From NCBI GenBank assembly GCA_003559985.1, contig PWJP01000241.1, positions 1 through 37,171 on the forward strand: a DNA stretch of 37,171 nucleotides, read 5' to 3'. Made by a program: the position numbers and the translations under genes. The notes under the pieces are model-generated. The model made no database searches. It was not told the origin of the DNA and was given only the letters and a program-made list of their open reading frames with translations. Source of the stretch: Saprospirales bacterium (GTDB taxonomy: Bacteria > Bacteroidota > Bacteroidia > Chitinophagales > Saprospiraceae). How positions within the stretch are numbered: the stretch's first letter is position 1; each line of letters begins with the position of its first letter. Of the stretch, positions 17,273-27,365 are shown one piece after another.

Positions 17273-18382
17273 TCAGATTGTAAATTTACCATTTTTATAA
17301 ATGACCTCGCCATCTGCAGTGATTTCGCTGTCTGTTTTCATATCGGTAATCATATCCCAGTGTACCGTGGATTCATTTTTGCCACCGGTCTGGATGTAAC
17401 TTTGACCAATGGCCATGTGGATGGTACCGCCAATTTTCTCATCGAACAGGATGCTGCGCGACATTTTTTGAATGCGGTAATTGGTTCCTATTGCCACCTC
17501 TCCAAATCTCTTCGCTCCCGGAATCTCAAAGATTTTATCCAGATAGTCTTTCCCTCTGACGGCATCCCACTTAACAACTTCGCCTTTTTCGACCCAAAGT
17601 TCCACTCCCTCTACTTCTTCACCCCGGTATATAGCAGGATAGGAAAATTTGGCGTAGCCGTTTACCTCATCCTCTACAGGAGCAGTAAAAACCTCGCCTG
17701 AGGGCATATTGGCTGTGCCGTCTGAATTGATCCAAATCCGGTCCTTAGTACTGAATTTCATGTCGATGTTGGGGCCTTTGTAGTGTATCTCACTGCATTT
17801 ATTCAGGTGATCTACTATTTTTTGCTGGTCTTTGCGCACCTGAAGCCAACTACCTATAGGGTCTTCATCGTAGAGCCGGCAGGCATCAAAGACAAATTCT
17901 CTCCAGGACTCAAGGGATACCCCGGCATTTTGGGCAGAGGCCTGGGTGGGATATTCACAAAGTGCACGCCTCATTTCACCTGAAGCGGTTCTCTTGAAAT
18001 AGGATTCGTTTATTGATTTCAGCGCTTTTTGTCTGGTCGCCATTTTTTTGCTGTCCAGTCCGCTGGTAGCTCTGAGGTTATATGGGGCTCGAATGGTGAG
18101 CAGGTTGTCAAATTCCCGCATGGCCAAAGAGGCAAATTTAGGAGGCTTTTCAAGGGCCTTCTGAGAGGCGTACTTGTAAAAGAGTTCTTGTTTTTCGGGG
18201 AAATCCAGACTTACTTCCACCATGGCACCTTTTGAAACAGCCAGTTTATATACTTCCCGCAAAAGGGGCTGTGCCTCGGTGGATGTGTTGATCAAAAGGG
18301 ACGCCCCCTCCTTTAATTCGAGGCAGTAATCAAGTAGGAGATGCGCATATTTTTCTTCAATGGTCTTTGGAGCTTTACTCAT
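17273..18382 (-). CDS. M29-family aminopeptidase (AmpS/PepS/aminopeptidase T type)
   Basis: The pattern IEEKYAHLLLDYCLELKEGASLLINTSTEAQPLLREVY..., NMPSGEVFTAPVE, FGEVAIGTNY and GGTIHMAIGQSY...HWDMI fits M29. The start at 18382 (MSKAPKT) is preferred; 18436 and 18418 are possible. Confidence 0.88.
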   Translation of the reverse strand: MSKAPKTIEEKYAHLLLDYCLELKEGASLLINTSTEAQPLLREVYKLAVSKGAMVEVSLDFPEKQELFYKYASQKALEKPPKFASLAMREFDNLLTIRAPYNLRATSGLDSKKMATRQKALKSINESYFKRTASGEMRRALCEYPTQASAQNAGVSLESWREFVFDACRLYDEDPIGSWLQVRKDQQKIVDHLNKCSEIHYKGPNIDMKFSTKDRIWINSDGTANMPSGEVFTAPVEDEVNGYAKFSYPAIYRGEEVEGVELWVEKGEVVKWDAVRGKDYLDKIFEIPGAKRFGEVAIGTNYRIQKMSRSILFDEKIGGTIHMAIGQSYIQTGGKNESTVHWDMITDMKTDSEITADGEVIYKNGKFTI

Positions 18383-18455
18383 AAAATTCTTTTGAAAATG
18401 ATACGGAAGATTTTGCATACAAGGAAAACCCTCCATTTTGATTGGTTTTGCAATG

Positions 18456-18486
18456 CAAAAATAGGTCTGTAAACCGGACCTGCCAA
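18456..18486 (-). promoter_or_regulatory. Bacteroidota-type promoter (TTG-N20-TATTTTTG) for the aminopeptidase gene
   Basis: Plus-strand CAAAAATA at 18456-18463 and CAA at 18484-18486. The promoter sits between the hflX stop and the aminopeptidase start. Confidence 0.4.
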
Positions 18487-18491
18487 ATCTG

Positions 18492-19715
18492 CTACCACTT
18501 CTGTGCCTGATAGGGGTACTTGCGTTCGTATTCCATGGTAACGAGCTCGAGTATTCGCTCTCTCAATACATCGACATTCTCCTTGGACATGGCAGAGCAG
18601 ATGACGTATCCCTCGGGGTATTTGTGGGAGAATTGATGGTGCATGGAGTCCTCGATTTCTGATTTAGTGGAATCGTCCAGCAGGTCGTCGTAATTCCGCT
18701 CGCGGTAGAGGTCGATTTTATTGAAAACCATGAGTGTGGTTTTGTCACGGACACCCAATTCATGCAGGGTTTTGTTTACTGTGGCAATTTGGTCTTCGTA
18801 CTGGGGATGAGCGATATCCACCACATGAACCAAAATATCGGATTCTTTGACCTCATCCAGGGTGGATTTGAAGCTGTCAACCAGGTGGTGTGGTAACTTT
18901 CTGATAAAACCTACCGTATCACTAAGCAGAAAAGGGGTTCGATTTAATACCACTTTCCGTATGGTGGTATCCAGGGTTGCAAACAGTTTATCCTCCGCAA
19001 AAACGTCGGATTTGCTGAGGCGATTCATTATGGTTGACTTGCCGACATTGGTGTAACCGACCAGAGATACCCGGATGAGTTTGCCCCGCTGCTTTCGACG
19101 GTTTTCGTTCTGCATTTGTATCTTCTCCAGCTTTTCCTGTAACTGGCTGATTTTGGTTCGAATGATCCTCCGGTCAGTCTCTATTTCCTTTTCACCCGGT
19201 CCGCGCATACCAATTCCACCACGCTGCCTCTCCAGGTGTGTCCACATACCTCTCAATCTGGGCAGAAGGTATTGAAGTTGAGCCAGTTCTACCTGGGTTT
19301 TGGCTTGAGCTGTTTGGGCGCGTCTCGCAAAAATATCCAGGATTAGGCTGCTCCTGTCCACGACCTTGATTTTCAGTTCCTTCTCTATGTTGTTGATTTG
19401 GGAGCCGGAGAGGTCGTCATCAAAAATGACCATACCTGCACCGTGTTTGGCGACCGACTTTTTGAGTTCTGCCAGTTTTCCACTGCCAAAATACTGTCTG
19501 GGATGAGGATGTTCGCGTTTTTGGGTAAGGCGCTCAGCTGTGCGCGCACCTGCCGTCAGCGCCAAAAACTCCAGCTCATCCAAATGTTCATTGACTTGTT
19601 CTTCGGTTTGTTCACCGGATATCACCGCTGCCAGTATGGCAATTTCATCGTCCTGGCCGATACCTTTAGACAGGTCTTCGCCCACTTTCCACTCCGAGGG
19701 ATTTGTATTACTCAC
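18492..19715 (-). CDS. hflX: GTPase HflX
   Basis: The HflX N-terminal domain shows FDDDLSGSQINNIEKEL, LILDIFARRAQTAQAKTQVELAQLQYLLPRL and GGIGMRGPGEKEIETDRR. The G domain shows VGYTNVGKST (G1), DTVGF (G3) and NKID (G4). Confidence 0.95.
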   Translation of the reverse strand: MSNTNPSEWKVGEDLSKGIGQDDEIAILAAVISGEQTEEQVNEHLDELEFLALTAGARTAERLTQKREHPHPRQYFGSGKLAELKKSVAKHGAGMVIFDDDLSGSQINNIEKELKIKVVDRSSLILDIFARRAQTAQAKTQVELAQLQYLLPRLRGMWTHLERQRGGIGMRGPGEKEIETDRRIIRTKISQLQEKLEKIQMQNENRRKQRGKLIRVSLVGYTNVGKSTIMNRLSKSDVFAEDKLFATLDTTIRKVVLNRTPFLLSDTVGFIRKLPHHLVDSFKSTLDEVKESDILVHVVDIAHPQYEDQIATVNKTLHELGVRDKTTLMVFNKIDLYRERNYDDLLDDSTKSEIEDSMHHQFSHKYPEGYVICSAMSKENVDVLRERILELVTMEYERKYPYQAQKW

Positions 19716-19821
19716 TCACTGTACTTTTTCTTTAAAAAACTGCAATTATAAAAGGGACTACAAAATTTCCGTGCATGTGGTTCCAAATAATCGCTCAATT
19801 ATGTTGCAATGGATGGGAATA

Positions 19822-21060
19822 TTACCTGCTTATCCACTCCTCCGGGTTGAGCACATCCTTGCCCCTCCAGAGCTCAAAGTGCACCATAAAATTACCGGAG
19901 CCGGGGTCTTTTCCAACTACACCGAGTTCTTCCCCTGCATTGACTTGTTGGTCTTTGGAAACGTAGGTGCTGTTCAGACCGGCATAGACGGTGAAGTAAT
20001 TTCCGTGCCTGACCAGTACCATGTATTGATCGCCAGGCATGGTGACTACCGCAGTAACCTGTCCTTCAAAAACTGTTCTAACCGGGGTTCCCTCCAGAGT
20101 TTGTATATCTATTCCATTGTTTTGTATGGTGACATTGCTGAGGGTGGGATGTGGTTGGTTTCCAAAGTGGGATTGGATAACTCCCCGCTCGACCGGCCAG
20201 GGGATCTGTCCTTTATTTTGCTCAAAATTTCCGCTCAGTAATTCGTATTCGGCGGCACGCTCCGGGAGCTCTTCCACGGCCTCATCCCTGCGGGCTATTT
20301 CCTCAGCTATCAGACGGTCGATTTTTCGGGACAACTCCCTCCGCCTGTTCTCTTGTTCTTTCAGATTTTCGCGCAATTCCTGTTCCTTTCCCCGAAGCGA
20401 GTTTAGCAGGGCATCCTGGGTGCGCAAGTCCCGGTTGAGTTCTTCCACAGTGCGCTGTTCCCTGGTTTGCAATCGACCCAGCTCATCCAATGATTCCTGA
20501 ATGGCTGCCTGACGATCCGCAATTTGGTCGGAGATGGAATCCAGTTCTGTTTTTTTCAAGTCGATAAAGGATTGTAACTGCTGATTGTAAAAATACCTCT
20601 TTAGGGCGGTGTTTAAATTACCCGAAGACAGCAGATACATCCAGTCTCTGGTGGTGAGTTGCCGCAGGTAGGAAATACGCAGTTGCTGAAAATAAATTTC
20701 TCTAACCTCTTCAAAATGCTCGTTGAGGAGCTCGATGGAGTCTTTTAAATTTTCCATGGTATCCCTCAATATGCGGGTCTGATTCTGGAGATTGGAGACC
20801 ATATTTCTCCTGGCTTCCAATTGATTTTGCAGGGCGACGTAATTCTCCACAGTGCTCCTGCGCTGTTCAATACTTTCATCCAGTAGTTGACGTGTGGATT
20901 GGATTTGTTCCTCGAGGGCCACTCTTTCGCGCTCCAGTTGTTGTCTGGATTGCGCAGCGAGATCGGACAGGCTGAGCAGACAGAGAAATAGCAGTAAAGC
21001 GGCCGGCTTACTCAATGCGATCGTAGCGACTGGGTACATCAAAAGGCAAAGTCGGGACAT
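19822..21060 (-). CDS. Coiled-coil LytM (M23) domain protein with degenerate catalytic motifs; EnvC-like murein hydrolase activator
   Basis: A signal peptide is followed by about 250 aa of heptad-rich coiled coil and a C-terminal LytM domain. The HxxxD position reads NNGIDI and the HxH position reads MVHFE. The start is ambiguous: TTG 21066, ATG 21060, ATG 21039 or TTG 21015. Every option overlaps the upstream gene end at 21008. Confidence 0.85.
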   Translation of the reverse strand: MSRLCLLMYPVATIALSKPAALLLFLCLLSLSDLAAQSRQQLERERVALEEQIQSTRQLLDESIEQRRSTVENYVALQNQLEARRNMVSNLQNQTRILRDTMENLKDSIELLNEHFEEVREIYFQQLRISYLRQLTTRDWMYLLSSGNLNTALKRYFYNQQLQSFIDLKKTELDSISDQIADRQAAIQESLDELGRLQTREQRTVEELNRDLRTQDALLNSLRGKEQELRENLKEQENRRRELSRKIDRLIAEEIARRDEAVEELPERAAEYELLSGNFEQNKGQIPWPVERGVIQSHFGNQPHPTLSNVTIQNNGIDIQTLEGTPVRTVFEGQVTAVVTMPGDQYMVLVRHGNYFTVYAGLNSTYVSKDQQVNAGEELGVVGKDPGSGNFMVHFELWRGKDVLNPEEWISR

Positions 21061-21808
21061 CTTCAACGTTCAACTCCAAAAATTCGCAATTTAGGTAAAA
21101 TTCCTGAACTCCGTCGGTTCCGGTTATCTCGCGTTCCCAGGCAAAGTAACCAGCATCTCCCATTTGTTTGTACTGGTTGTTGTCAGAGCGGACCACCCTG
21201 CCGTTTCCATCCATCAGGGTGAATCTCTCTACCAGTTGCTGGTCGTTTATCTTGTACAAAACCTGCATATTGTCAATAAAACCGGCTATCGTAGCACCAG
21301 GATTTCCCATGTCCAACTCCCGGACCACCACATCGTCAAATGAAGGACTGCCAGTCAGCAATTGTTCCAGTTGCTTGAAGGTTACATCCAATCCGTAGCG
21401 GTGAGCCACTACATCCAGCGGCATTTTGACGTATTCCCTATTTACCCGGTCGATGAGTTGAAAGGTGTCCGGTGTGATCATAGCCCTTCCGACCTCAAAG
21501 CCTAAAATCGTTGCTCTCACCCAAATGGCGCTGTCCTTCACAGCCCGAATATGACCGCGAAAAGACTGTGACATGCCATCCTGACCCACTTGAATACGGG
21601 CCCGACCATCGATGGATTCGGCATTGAACTCGTTGAGTTTGACTTCTTTTATCAATTTCTCTGCTGTAAGTTCAACTTCTGGTTCTTCAATGGCTTCCTT
21701 GGGGGATTTACAGGAGTTGACCATTAGCATACCGACAATCAGTAGCAAAGAGGTCCCGAATACGAGCAGGCGGGATTTACCGGTATAATGATGGATTTGG
21801 TAATTCAT
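21008..21808 (-). CDS. DUF4292-family (LolB-like) lipoprotein
   Basis: It has a lipoprotein signal (LLIVGMLMVNSCKSP). Its size and its position between a TPR protein and a LytM protein match the conserved Bacteroidota TPR-DUF4292-M23 arrangement. Confidence 0.7.
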   Translation of the reverse strand: MNYQIHHYTGKSRLLVFGTSLLLIVGMLMVNSCKSPKEAIEEPEVELTAEKLIKEVKLNEFNAESIDGRARIQVGQDGMSQSFRGHIRAVKDSAIWVRATILGFEVGRAMITPDTFQLIDRVNREYVKMPLDVVAHRYGLDVTFKQLEQLLTGSPSFDDVVVRELDMGNPGATIAGFIDNMQVLYKINDQQLVERFTLMDGNGRVVRSDNNQYKQMGDAGYFAWEREITGTDGVQEFYLNCEFLELNVEDVPTLPFDVPSRYDRIE

Positions 21809-21832
21809 GGATTGAGTGTCTGATACTCCTAC

Positions 21833-23479
21833 TTAACGCCCTGGATTGGTTGAAATTTTATCGGCCCATTCTCTGACATCTCCGCGCTCTTTGATGTCAT
21901 ACACCTCCAATTGGGCCATATAAGTACTTGCAGCCTCTTTATCACCCTTCAAAAAATTCAATCTGGCACGGGCAAAAAGGTACTCCGGGTGGTTTGGTGT
22001 GTATGTTTGGACCTCATCCAAAACAGTGGCAACCTCTTCGAGATTTTCCTCCTGGTGAAGTAATAAATCTGTTTTCATCAAAAGGAGGTCGGCCTGACCG
22101 GGCATATCTTCCGTGGCTTGATTGAGAAGTTCAATTCCCTTTTCAATCTCTCCCCTCTTTTTTTCCAGTGTGGCTTCTCCCAGACTGAAGTACAACTTGA
22201 GTTCCGGTTGTCTGCGGCCCATTAATGTGGCTCTTCTCAGGGTGTTGTCGGCCGTTTCCAGTTCACCGGCTCCCATTTGCCCGCGTGCCAGGTAGTAAAA
22301 AAACAGGGCCTGATTGGGGTAAAATTCCAGCCCCTCGTTGACCCGGTCAATCAGTTTTTCATAATCTTTGATTTGGAGCAGGGATTCGAATTGATTGAAC
22401 CAGACCTGCACCACATCGGATCGTATATCGAGGGCCTCACTGTACAATTCAGCGGCCTGATTGAATTGGTAGGATGAAAAAGCAATATCCCCTGTCAGTG
22501 CTTTGGGCTCTGCTCTTTCCGGGTGTTCCTCTATGAGGGATAATCCCGCCTCCAGTAATTTTCCGGCCACGGCCGGTTGGTAGTCTTCGCTCAGTTCCAT
22601 TAGGAGGGGAATGAGTGCCTGGATTTTTTCATCCAGTTCCACATTTTCATCCCTGATGAGGGGCAGCAGGGCTTCCAGCCTTTCATCTCCCTCCAGCTCA
22701 CCGGTTTCCAGTTCTGCTATTCGCACCCTTGCCCTGCTGTGGTCGGGATTGCGCTCCAGTACCTTTTGATACTGTTCAATGGCCATTTCACTTTGGTCAT
22801 TACTCTCCAGGAAAGAGCCGTATTCCATTCTGAAATCAACATTTCGGGGGAAAGCTTCCAACAGTTTTTGGTACTCCCTGTCAATGGCGTCAAAGTCGTT
22901 ATCGGCTTTGAAAATGCTTATTTTTTTGGCGGTCAACTCCGGGTTTACCCCGCTGATACTCTCTGCCTGATTTAATACTCCAATCGCCTCTTCCCGCTGT
23001 CCCATTAAAAGGAGGTGGTATGCGCGGTTGATTCCGTAATTGGTCCTTTCAGGGTGGAGTTCCATGAGTTTTGCGTAGGCAGATTCAGCCAGGTCATTGC
23101 GGTCCTCTGCATCGGCTAAATTGGCTTGAAGTTGTAGTATCCAACTGTTGCGGGGGTCGTATCGGTGGGCCCTGTTGGCGTATTCAAGTGCTTTTGAGCT
23201 TTGGTTCATTTGATCGTAACAGCGCGCCAATTCGTAAAGAAAAACCGCATTCTCAGAGTCTTGCTCCAACAGTTTTTCCAACTGCTCTGCGGCCTGGTCG
23301 TATTGCTCCATCAGCATATACATGCGGGCTTCGATAAATTCAGCCTGAAGGTCCGGAACCACGACCTCTTCGGGAAAGTCGAAATCCTGTGCTTTCAGGG
23401 AATGGGCAATGCCGACTGTCAGGGTCAGGGCCAGTGACAGGACTGTGAATTGGTAACAAAAGCTGTGCAGGTTTATCAT
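21833..23479 (-). CDS. Tetratricopeptide repeat protein (secreted)
   Basis: A signal peptide is followed by repeated 34-aa TPR-like units (A..YE.A/L...P.N...). The start ATG shares one nucleotide with the stop of the upstream gene (TAATG at 23479). Confidence 0.85.
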   Translation of the reverse strand: MINLHSFCYQFTVLSLALTLTVGIAHSLKAQDFDFPEEVVVPDLQAEFIEARMYMLMEQYDQAAEQLEKLLEQDSENAVFLYELARCYDQMNQSSKALEYANRAHRYDPRNSWILQLQANLADAEDRNDLAESAYAKLMELHPERTNYGINRAYHLLLMGQREEAIGVLNQAESISGVNPELTAKKISIFKADNDFDAIDREYQKLLEAFPRNVDFRMEYGSFLESNDQSEMAIEQYQKVLERNPDHSRARVRIAELETGELEGDERLEALLPLIRDENVELDEKIQALIPLLMELSEDYQPAVAGKLLEAGLSLIEEHPERAEPKALTGDIAFSSYQFNQAAELYSEALDIRSDVVQVWFNQFESLLQIKDYEKLIDRVNEGLEFYPNQALFFYYLARGQMGAGELETADNTLRRATLMGRRQPELKLYFSLGEATLEKKRGEIEKGIELLNQATEDMPGQADLLLMKTDLLLHQEENLEEVATVLDEVQTYTPNHPEYLFARARLNFLKGDKEAASTYMAQLEVYDIKERGDVREWADKISTNPGR

Positions 23480-24480
23480 TAACTTAATCTTGAGTAATCT
23501 CCGAGGCTGATTTTTCTCGCCTTTTCAATGTATTCGGCCTGATTTCCGATCATGCTGTTTTTGAGGTTGACAAATTTAACCTTCGACTCATCCTGAATAA
23601 CGCTCTTCTCCACTACGGATTTCACGATGCGGGAATGGGCACCTACGGATACAAAGGGTCCGACGACGCTGTTTTTTATTACAGCCCCTCTCCCAATAAA
23701 GCAGGGCTCAATCACAGTGCTGTTTTTTAGAACGACTTCTTGCTCGATGATGTTTTCGCCTATTTGGGTATCGAGAATCCGCTCATTGGTATGGATAATT
23801 GCTTCTTTGTTTCCGCAGTCGAGCCACTCGTCAATCGAGGCTGTTTTAAACTTCAGGCCATCGTTTTTCAATAGTTCCAGCACCGTGGTTATCTGGTATT
23901 CACCCTTTTCACGGATTTCATTTTCCAGGAGGTAATCCAGTTTTTTGCGAAAATTATCTCCATCTCTGAAGTAGTAAATTCCCACAATGGCCTGATCGGA
24001 GACAAATTTGGGCGATTTTTCCACAAATTCAGTGATGACACCTTCGCTGTTGGTCTTGACAACCCCGAAATTTTCAGGGTTTTTGACATTTTGGGTCCAG
24101 ATTACCCCTTCGCTTTCCTGGTCGAAAGAAAAATCGGTGATAAAAAGCGTATCTGCCAAAGCCACCATGGATGGACCTGTAATTACAGGCCTTGCGCAAT
24201 GTATGGCATGGGCAGGACCCAGTGGTTCTTCCTGGTAAAATATGTGCGGTTTCGAACCTACGGACCGGGCTACTTCTTTGAGTTGTTCTTTGACCTCTTC
24301 TCCAAAGTCCCCGATCACGAAAGCAATTTCTTCAAAAGGCTTGTCCAAGCCCTGAGACAGCATTTCGATGAGCCACTGAACAATGGGTTTTCCCGCAATG
24401 GGTACCAGGGGCTTAGGAGTGGTCAATGTGTGGGGTCTCAACCGGGACCCTCTTCCGGCCATAGGTATTATTAGATTCAT
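23479..24480 (-). CDS. Sugar-phosphate nucleotidyltransferase (NTP_transferase N-domain plus left-handed beta-helix C-domain)
   Basis: The N-terminus MNLIIPMAGRGSRLRPHTLTTPKPLVPIAGKPIVQ carries the G.G.R nucleotidyltransferase signature. The C-terminal hexapeptide-like repeats read IGRGAVIKNSVVGPFVSVGAHSRIVKSVV. The substrate is unknown. Confidence 0.85.
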   Translation of the reverse strand: MNLIIPMAGRGSRLRPHTLTTPKPLVPIAGKPIVQWLIEMLSQGLDKPFEEIAFVIGDFGEEVKEQLKEVARSVGSKPHIFYQEEPLGPAHAIHCARPVITGPSMVALADTLFITDFSFDQESEGVIWTQNVKNPENFGVVKTNSEGVITEFVEKSPKFVSDQAIVGIYYFRDGDNFRKKLDYLLENEIREKGEYQITTVLELLKNDGLKFKTASIDEWLDCGNKEAIIHTNERILDTQIGENIIEQEVVLKNSTVIEPCFIGRGAVIKNSVVGPFVSVGAHSRIVKSVVEKSVIQDESKVKFVNLKNSMIGNQAEYIEKARKISLGDYSRLS

Positions 24481-24543
24481 AGTAGCGGTGGTATTTTCAT
24501 TCCCTGAATACAGAGAGTTAATTAAACAGCTGAGAGGTGGTAA

Positions 24544-24993
24544 TTATTTTTGACCGGTACTGCCAAAACCACCCTCGCCTCTTTCAGTTTCATTCAATTC
24601 ATCGACCTCTTGCCATTCCACCCGCTCGTATTTTGCCACGACCATTTGAGCTATTCGTTCACCGGGTTTTAATTCGACTGATTCGTTGGATAGGTTGACC
24701 AAAATGACCCGGACTTCTCCCCTGTAATCGCTGTCAATGGTCCCCGGACTGTTGAGTACGGTGAGGCCTTTTTTTACAGCCAGTCCACTTCTTGGACGCA
24801 CCTGTGCTTCGAGCCCCGGAATAAGTGCAATGCGAATTCCGGTTGGGATCATCGCCCTCTCCAGTGGTCCAATTTGTACAGGCTCTTCCAAAGCAGCGTA
24901 CAAGTCCAAACCGGAACTGCCATCCGTGGCGTAAAAAGGCAGTGGATTATCGGAATCATTGATGATTTGAATCTTAGTTTTCATCTGTATCAA
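24544..24993 (-). CDS. dut: dUTP diphosphatase
   Basis: Motifs seen: [37 protein letters not shown], and a C-terminal [11 protein letters not shown] -7-like box (TAAATTTG on the minus strand) lies at plus coordinates 25005-25012. Confidence 0.95.
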   Translation of the reverse strand: MIQMKTKIQIINDSDNPLPFYATDGSSGLDLYAALEEPVQIGPLERAMIPTGIRIALIPGLEAQVRPRSGLAVKKGLTVLNSPGTIDSDYRGEVRVILVNLSNESVELKPGERIAQMVVAKYERVEWQEVDELNETERGEGGFGSTGQK

Positions 24994-25063
24994 TTTGTGG
25001 GTTGCAAATTTATGAACTTATAATATTTGAGCCGGGTATTGAGGGTCAATCAATCGAGTTGGT

Positions 25064-26131
25064 TCAGGACTTAAACTCCAGTAACTTATTCTTTACATAA
25101 TCATCGAAAGAGAATTCGCTGAAGCGGTTAAAAGCCACTTCGACCGGCTGGATAAAGACGTGGATTTTATTGTCTGCGAGGAACTTGACATGGGGCTCCA
25201 GCCGAACCGCGTCCTTTTCAGTGGTGACTACAAACCTGATCTTCATCTCCAATTGGTCGTACGTCTTTTTTAGCTGTGCAAGATCGTAAGTACTGAAGTT
25301 GTGGTGGTCGGGAAAGGCGAGTGAATGCAGTTTGTCAACGCGTTCTGCCATGTGGTCAATCAATGGATCGGGATTGGCAATTCCTGTCAAAAGAATAGCC
25401 TCCCCCCCAGGCTTTTCGACCAGCTTTTGTTTGGGGTTAAAAAGATAATAGGCCTGGCCGTAAGTCAGGTATGAGAAAAACACCTTTTGGTTTGGTAGTG
25501 GCTTCAATTTTTTTTGAAAATCAGCCGCCTGCTCGCTTGTCAGATCGGTTGGGCATTTACTCACGATGATGGCATCTGCTCGCCGGGATCCGGTGGGCCA
25601 TTCCCTCAGTCTTCCCACAGGCAGCAAAAAGTCTTCAAAATAGGGGCTGCTGTATTCGGTGAGCAATAAATTGAGTGTAGGATTAACCTCCCTGTGCTGA
25701 AATCCATCGTCCATTATGATGGTCTGCAGTTGGGGAAATTGGCCAACCATTTTGGGGATTCCAAACGATCTGCTCTCCGATACGGCCACCGGCACATCGG
25801 GGTTTTTCCTCTTGATTTGCAGTGGTTCGTCTCCTGTGTGATTGACCTTATTTCTCGCCTTGACCCACTGAAAACCCTTGCTTTTTCGACCGTATCCCCG
25901 ACTTATGACACCGACGCGAATATGGGGTTTGAGTAATTTTATCAGGTACTCCGCATGCGGGCTTTTCCCGGATCCCCCGACCGTCAGATTGCCAATACTA
26001 ATTACCGGCAGGCTGAAGGTGATGGATTTTAGGAGTTTGAATCGGTGGAGCAAGTTGTTGATCCCCACTCCCAGGCCGTATAGCAATGCCAGGGGAAGTA
26101 CCAATAATTTAATCAACCAGTTTCTCGCCAT
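25064..26131 (-). CDS. lpxK: Tetraacyldisaccharide 4'-kinase
   Basis: An N-terminal membrane helix, a P-loop ISIGNLTVGGSGKSP, then VISRGYGRKSKG, GDEPLQI and IIMDDGFQH. Confidence 0.9.
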   Translation of the reverse strand: MARNWLIKLLVLPLALLYGLGVGINNLLHRFKLLKSITFSLPVISIGNLTVGGSGKSPHAEYLIKLLKPHIRVGVISRGYGRKSKGFQWVKARNKVNHTGDEPLQIKRKNPDVPVAVSESRSFGIPKMVGQFPQLQTIIMDDGFQHREVNPTLNLLLTEYSSPYFEDFLLPVGRLREWPTGSRRADAIIVSKCPTDLTSEQAADFQKKLKPLPNQKVFFSYLTYGQAYYLFNPKQKLVEKPGGEAILLTGIANPDPLIDHMAERVDKLHSLAFPDHHNFSTYDLAQLKKTYDQLEMKIRFVVTTEKDAVRLEPHVKFLADNKIHVFIQPVEVAFNRFSEFSFDDYVKNKLLEFKS

Positions 26132-26256
26132 TCCGTTTATACGGGTTTGAATCGTGAAGCTAAGTAAAATGTTCCTAAGTGGAGGTATATTCCGCCCGGA
26201 AATTGAGGGAACCTTTAGTTGTAAAAAATGCAGCTACCGTTGGTCAATAACTTTAT

Positions 26257-27147
26257 TTAAAAGGCAAAACCCATGGATATCATCAGGGTATGATTCCTTC
26301 TGTTTCCACTTCTCTGTACAAATTCATTTCCATCACCCAGCTCGACTTTTGATATGTAATACTTATCGCGGATGACGTGATTCAGGCCGTATTTATACTG
26401 AGCATTGACGTAGAGTCCCTGATTGATGAAGTAAGTGAGGCCACCGGTGAGCCCCACATCAAACCAGTTGAAGTAATTTCCGTCTTTTTCAGCAAATTCA
26501 AAATATGTACCCGCTTCCTGTGGGGCTTCGCGGTCTCTGCCATCCATTCGAATAAATTGACTGTCTCCCTTGTAGGAACCCAGACCGGCCCTGTCCCTCA
26601 TGGGCTTGAAGTCATACAACACCTGGAAATCCTCTATTGCATTGCCGGTTGATTGAGAACGGCCCGAAAAACTCATATCACCGGATCCCGTGCTTCCTAC
26701 CAAAAAACCGACATAACCACCGGCCGATATTTCGAAACGGCCGCCAAGTCGAACCATTCCTTCGATGGGGATATCGAGATAGACATTGGACCAACGTATT
26801 TCCTCGTCTCTCTCGCCGACTGCCCATGAAGGGTCCTCCGGGTTAAACACAAACCAGGATTCACCCTCGTGGTCCACCCTGCCTCCCCGTTGGTTATAGA
26901 TCAATCCAAACCGAAGTCCGAATACGTCATCGTAAAAGGTGTAGCGTCCCAGGATGCCGATATGGAAGCCGGTCTGGGTCCTGAAACTCTCCACTTCATT
27001 TCCATCGCTGTCTAACTCACTGTCGTCGTTAAAACTGGAGAAGCCAAGCCCTGCTTTAAATCCCAAACTCAAGTTCTGCGCTGTCGTTTTCTGAGACAGG
27101 AACATGAGGGCGAGAAACGGAAGCAGTAAATAAAGTGATTTTCGCAT
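26257..27147 (-). CDS. Outer membrane beta-barrel (porin-family, OMP_b-brl_2-like) protein
   Basis: The signal peptide is MRKSLYLLLPFLALMFLSQKTTAQ. Alternating hydrophobic beta-strand patterns follow, with a C-terminal aromatic residue (...MISMGFAF). The track start at 27189 is possible but gives an atypical N-terminus. Confidence 0.8.
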   Translation of the reverse strand: MRKSLYLLLPFLALMFLSQKTTAQNLSLGFKAGLGFSSFNDDSELDSDGNEVESFRTQTGFHIGILGRYTFYDDVFGLRFGLIYNQRGGRVDHEGESWFVFNPEDPSWAVGERDEEIRWSNVYLDIPIEGMVRLGGRFEISAGGYVGFLVGSTGSGDMSFSGRSQSTGNAIEDFQVLYDFKPMRDRAGLGSYKGDSQFIRMDGRDREAPQEAGTYFEFAEKDGNYFNWFDVGLTGGLTYFINQGLYVNAQYKYGLNHVIRDKYYISKVELGDGNEFVQRSGNRRNHTLMISMGFAF

Positions 27148-27212
27148 CTTAGAACTATTTTGTAATCCATTAGTGATCTGAATGGGCAATCAAAGTGATC
27201 GGCCTTTCAGAA

Positions 27213-27220
27213 CAAAGGTA
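27213..27220 (-). promoter_or_regulatory. Candidate -7 box (TACCTTTG) for the OM beta-barrel gene
   Basis: Plus-strand CAAAGGTA at 27213-27220, 66 nt upstream of the ATG at 27147. Confidence 0.3.
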
Positions 27221-27301
27221 CAAAATCCTAATTTGGGGCGTTATCAAAATGCGATTATTCAAAGCCCGGCTTCATAATTCCGGGGCGGATTAAAAAATTC
27301 C

Positions 27302-27309
27302 TACTTTTG
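27302..27309 (+). promoter_or_regulatory. Candidate -7 box (TACTTTTG) for apbE
   Basis: An exact TAnnTTTG match 57 nt upstream of the ATG at 27366. Confidence 0.3.
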
Positions 27310-27365
27310 CAATCTCAACTAAACAGAATTACTGGCTGGGATTTGTTCAAAATACTTTTTGTAAA

